From: an uncultured Selenomonadales bacterium
GTDB lineage: Bacteria > Bacillota > Negativicutes > Selenomonadales > Selenomonadaceae
Assembly: GCA_947165405.1 (NCBI GenBank)
Contig: CAMVAG010000001.1
Location: 1 to 37,484 of the forward strand
Length of the DNA: 37,484 bases
Reading direction: 5' to 3'
In this document: piece after piece, positions 35,407 to 37,484 of the stretch
How the letters are laid out: every line of letters starts with the position of its first letter
How positions within the stretch are numbered: the first letter of the stretch is position 1
The notes under the pieces: generated by a model
What the model was told of the DNA's origin: nothing
The model's input: only the letters and a program-made list of their open reading frames with translations
Databases searched by the model: none
Program-made: the position numbers and the translations under genes

Positions 35407-36804
35407 TTAACGCGAAAAATATTTCAGAACTTCATCGATAAATCTGCGGGCAACGAGTTCGGAGAGGACGGCTTCGGATTCATGAGCGGCGATTTCCTCA
35501 CGAAGAGATTTAAGTTGCGGGTCGAGCTTGCCTGCCTTGAGCGATTGAATTGCAATCCTGTCGGCGTGAAGGATTCGCTTGAGCTGTTGAAGTTGCGGTT
35601 TGCATTCGACGAGATATTTTTGCGGCAGGCGATAAAGCAGACGGTCTATCGAATTATCGATTTGAGAAATGCGGCGTTCGAGTGTCGAGAAGTCGGGCTT
35701 GCGATTATGTTTCAAGTCGGCGAGGATGTTGTTGACTTCCGCATTGAATTCGGGGTCGTCGGGCGGCCCGCACTTCGCCCAAGAATTTTCCATGTGCCGC
35801 GAGTGCATTGCGAAGTTTTTAAAATCGATATTGAGTTCCCCGAACAATTCGGCGAGCGCAATATCCCAAGCGAGGTCGGGATTGTACTCGGCGGGATTGT
35901 TTGTGTAAATGGCACCCGTAGTGAGCGCGACTTTGGAAAGCTGAACTTGTTGCATGGGATTGAAGAAGACGGCAGTGACGTGAGCGGTCGGCAAATTTTC
36001 TATGGCACCGAGCGCGAGCTTTACATTGCGGTTGCCGTCGGGCGTGAGCGAGTAATCGTTTACGGGGTAATTCCACCAGATACCGACTTCGCGATTAAAA
36101 ATTTTGTTGACTTTGGCGAGTTCGTTATCCGAAATGCCGGGACACACGACGCCTTTGCCCGAATAGAGGACAACAATTTTATCGTCGAGGTTTTCGGCGA
36201 GGTCACGTGTGTACGGCTTGAGCTTGTTGCCTTTAATCATGTCCTCGTAAAAATATTCGGTCGGAACTGTGATAAGCGGAGCAACGTCTTTATATTTTGT
36301 GCGAAGATATTTTTGGACGCGATTGAGGAATTTTGCTTGAAGCTTGCCGTTTTCGTGATGGTTGCCTTCAGCGTCTTTGAGGTCGTCGAAAAAAATTGCG
36401 AAGTCACGAACGCCGATTTGATAGAGGCTTTCGAGCTTGCGAATCAAAGTTTTAAAATCCTGTTCGCCTTTTGAGCCGGAATAATTTAAATCGAGACCGG
36501 GCGAGACGGCGAAGATAAACCGAACTTTATAAGCTTGTGCGCGTTCGACGAGAGCTTTCAAGTCGGCAAGTTCATTGGCAGGATAAGGCGTGCGCCACTT
36601 GTCACGGTGATAAGGATCATCCTTCGGCGCGTAGATGTAATAATTGAGATTGTGTTGACGGCAGAAGTTTAAAATATCTGCGCGCTCCTCGAAAGTCCAC
36701 GGCGCACCGTAAAAACCTTCGACGACGCCGCGCAGAGGAATCGGTACGGCGTAAACCGTTTGACACGTGAGCAAGAGCATTAGGGCGATAAGAAAAGTTT
36801 TCAT
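35407..36804 (-). CDS. secreted GH84-family beta-N-acetylglucosaminidase (O-GlcNAcase/NagJ-like)
   Basis: Signal peptide [19 protein letters not shown], then [47 protein letters not shown] and the catalytic FFDDL (DD pair). The ATG at 36804 follows AGGAGA and overlaps the upstream stop (ATGA). Confidence 0.8.
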   Translation of the reverse strand: MKTFLIALMLLLTCQTVYAVPIPLRGVVEGFYGAPWTFEERADILNFCRQHNLNYYIYAPKDDPYHRDKWRTPYPANELADLKALVERAQAYKVRFIFAVSPGLDLNYSGSKGEQDFKTLIRKLESLYQIGVRDFAIFFDDLKDAEGNHHENGKLQAKFLNRVQKYLRTKYKDVAPLITVPTEYFYEDMIKGNKLKPYTRDLAENLDDKIVVLYSGKGVVCPGISDNELAKVNKIFNREVGIWWNYPVNDYSLTPDGNRNVKLALGAIENLPTAHVTAVFFNPMQQVQLSKVALTTGAIYTNNPAEYNPDLAWDIALAELFGELNIDFKNFAMHSRHMENSWAKCGPPDDPEFNAEVNNILADLKHNRKPDFSTLERRISQIDNSIDRLLYRLPQKYLVECKPQLQQLKRILHADRIAIQSLKAGKLDPQLKSLREEIAAHESEAVLSELVARRFIDEVLKYFSR

Positions 36805-37457
36805 GACGATTTCTCCTGATACTGACGGAAGTTTTTCAAAACACAAATCGGACGCTTTTGAGAGGCATTGCCGAAAGGATTATCGATAAGCAAATCGGAG
36901 GCAAGTTGAGCGTTCATGCCCGGTGTTGCAGCGACGATTCGCGAGCGTTTGAGGTCGTTGACATCGGCAATCATCGCGCCGAAGCAATTCATGCGAGCCT
37001 TGAGGGCTGCGACAACTTTATCGGGATTTTCCGGACCGTAGACGACGCACTTATCGAAAGGCGGCATGGTGCCCGTAACGTCATCAATCAGAGCAGCTTG
37101 ACGCCCGCCCCATTTGTAAAAGAGACCGCGAATCCCGACGATCTTTCCGAGAAAACCCGCGAGTAAAGCTCCTGCAACGCGCCATTCGCCTTCCTTTTCC
37201 ATGAGAGCCTGCATACCGTGCGGCGTGGCGAGCGAGCCGTAATCGGGTATGAAGCGGCAACAAAGCTTTGCGAGATTGGAAAGATGCAATTCATCGGGGC
37301 GAACGATATTGCCTTGAGTAATCGCGACGACACTTTCGGCGACGGTGACGACATCATCTTGAGTGACAATATCGCGAGTGTAATGTTCTATCGCGTCGAC
37401 AATATCATCTTTCGGCGTGAGAATACGAGTGGTAATCGGAACAATTTCAACATTCAT
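36801..37457 (-). CDS. F420-0:gamma-glutamyl ligase-like (CofE-fold) protein
   Basis: 218 aa. The N-terminal pattern [21 protein letters not shown]...[17 protein letters not shown] resembles the CofE family. AGGAGG lies 7 nt upstream of the ATG. Family assignment is by eye only. Confidence 0.55.
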   Translation of the reverse strand: MNVEIVPITTRILTPKDDIVDAIEHYTRDIVTQDDVVTVAESVVAITQGNIVRPDELHLSNLAKLCCRFIPDYGSLATPHGMQALMEKEGEWRVAGALLAGFLGKIVGIRGLFYKWGGRQAALIDDVTGTMPPFDKCVVYGPENPDKVVAALKARMNCFGAMIADVNDLKRSRIVAATPGMNAQLASDLLIDNPFGNASQKRPICVLKNFRQYQEKSS

Positions 37458-37484
37458 AAATAAACCTCCTGTTATATAAAAGTG

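Overview
Chromosomal window with about 31 protein genes and one tRNA. I found no rRNA, CRISPR array, transposase, integrase or prophage signature. The gene content (class-3 FBPase, the rsmE-mtaB pair, a KapD-like exonuclease, a UgtP/MGDG-type glycolipid synthase, YjfB) looks Firmicutes-like. An EptA-family phosphoethanolamine transferase hints at a diderm, Negativicutes-type anaerobe, but the lineage is inference only. Left to right: a membrane/glycine-zipper protein with a C-terminal HKD (PLD/Nuc-like) domain; a group-1-type membrane-bound [NiFe] hydrogenase operon (Tat small subunit, large subunit, cytochrome b); an HXXEE membrane protein; tmk followed by an EptA-family transferase; a LysR regulator divergent from a lone ABC ATPase that sits behind a structured leader; pheA and a DEDDh exonuclease; PFOR (nifJ) and leuB; rsmE and mtaB; a small double-glycine-leader peptide gene; sstT; mfd; alaS; class-3 fbp; pssA plus a small tail-anchored coiled-coil protein; an SDR and glycolipid glycosyltransferase pair; HU; a YjfB-like protein, a cupin and a CheY-like receiver; tRNA-Ser(UGA); a membrane-embedded MutS-domain-V-only ATPase; and a secreted GH84 glycosidase translationally coupled to a CofE-like protein. 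Most of this is housekeeping. Worth a second look: (1) a G10 tract at the 5' end of the EptA-family gene that puts its SD-linked ATG out of frame, which is either candidate phase variation or a homopolymer error; (2) an orphan GG-leader peptide with no exporter or immunity partner in the window; (3) the TM plus single-HKD protein at the left edge; (4) the TM-MutS-like ATPase next to the tRNA; (5) a very strong over-representation of the A4T4 palindrome AAAATTTT across coding and non-coding DNA; (6) a leader with mutually exclusive hairpins upstream of the orphan ABC ATPase; (7) a 24-nt exact repeat shared by two unrelated loci. I cannot demonstrate a complete new multi-gene system from sequence alone. 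All function calls rest on motif recognition by eye, not on database searches.
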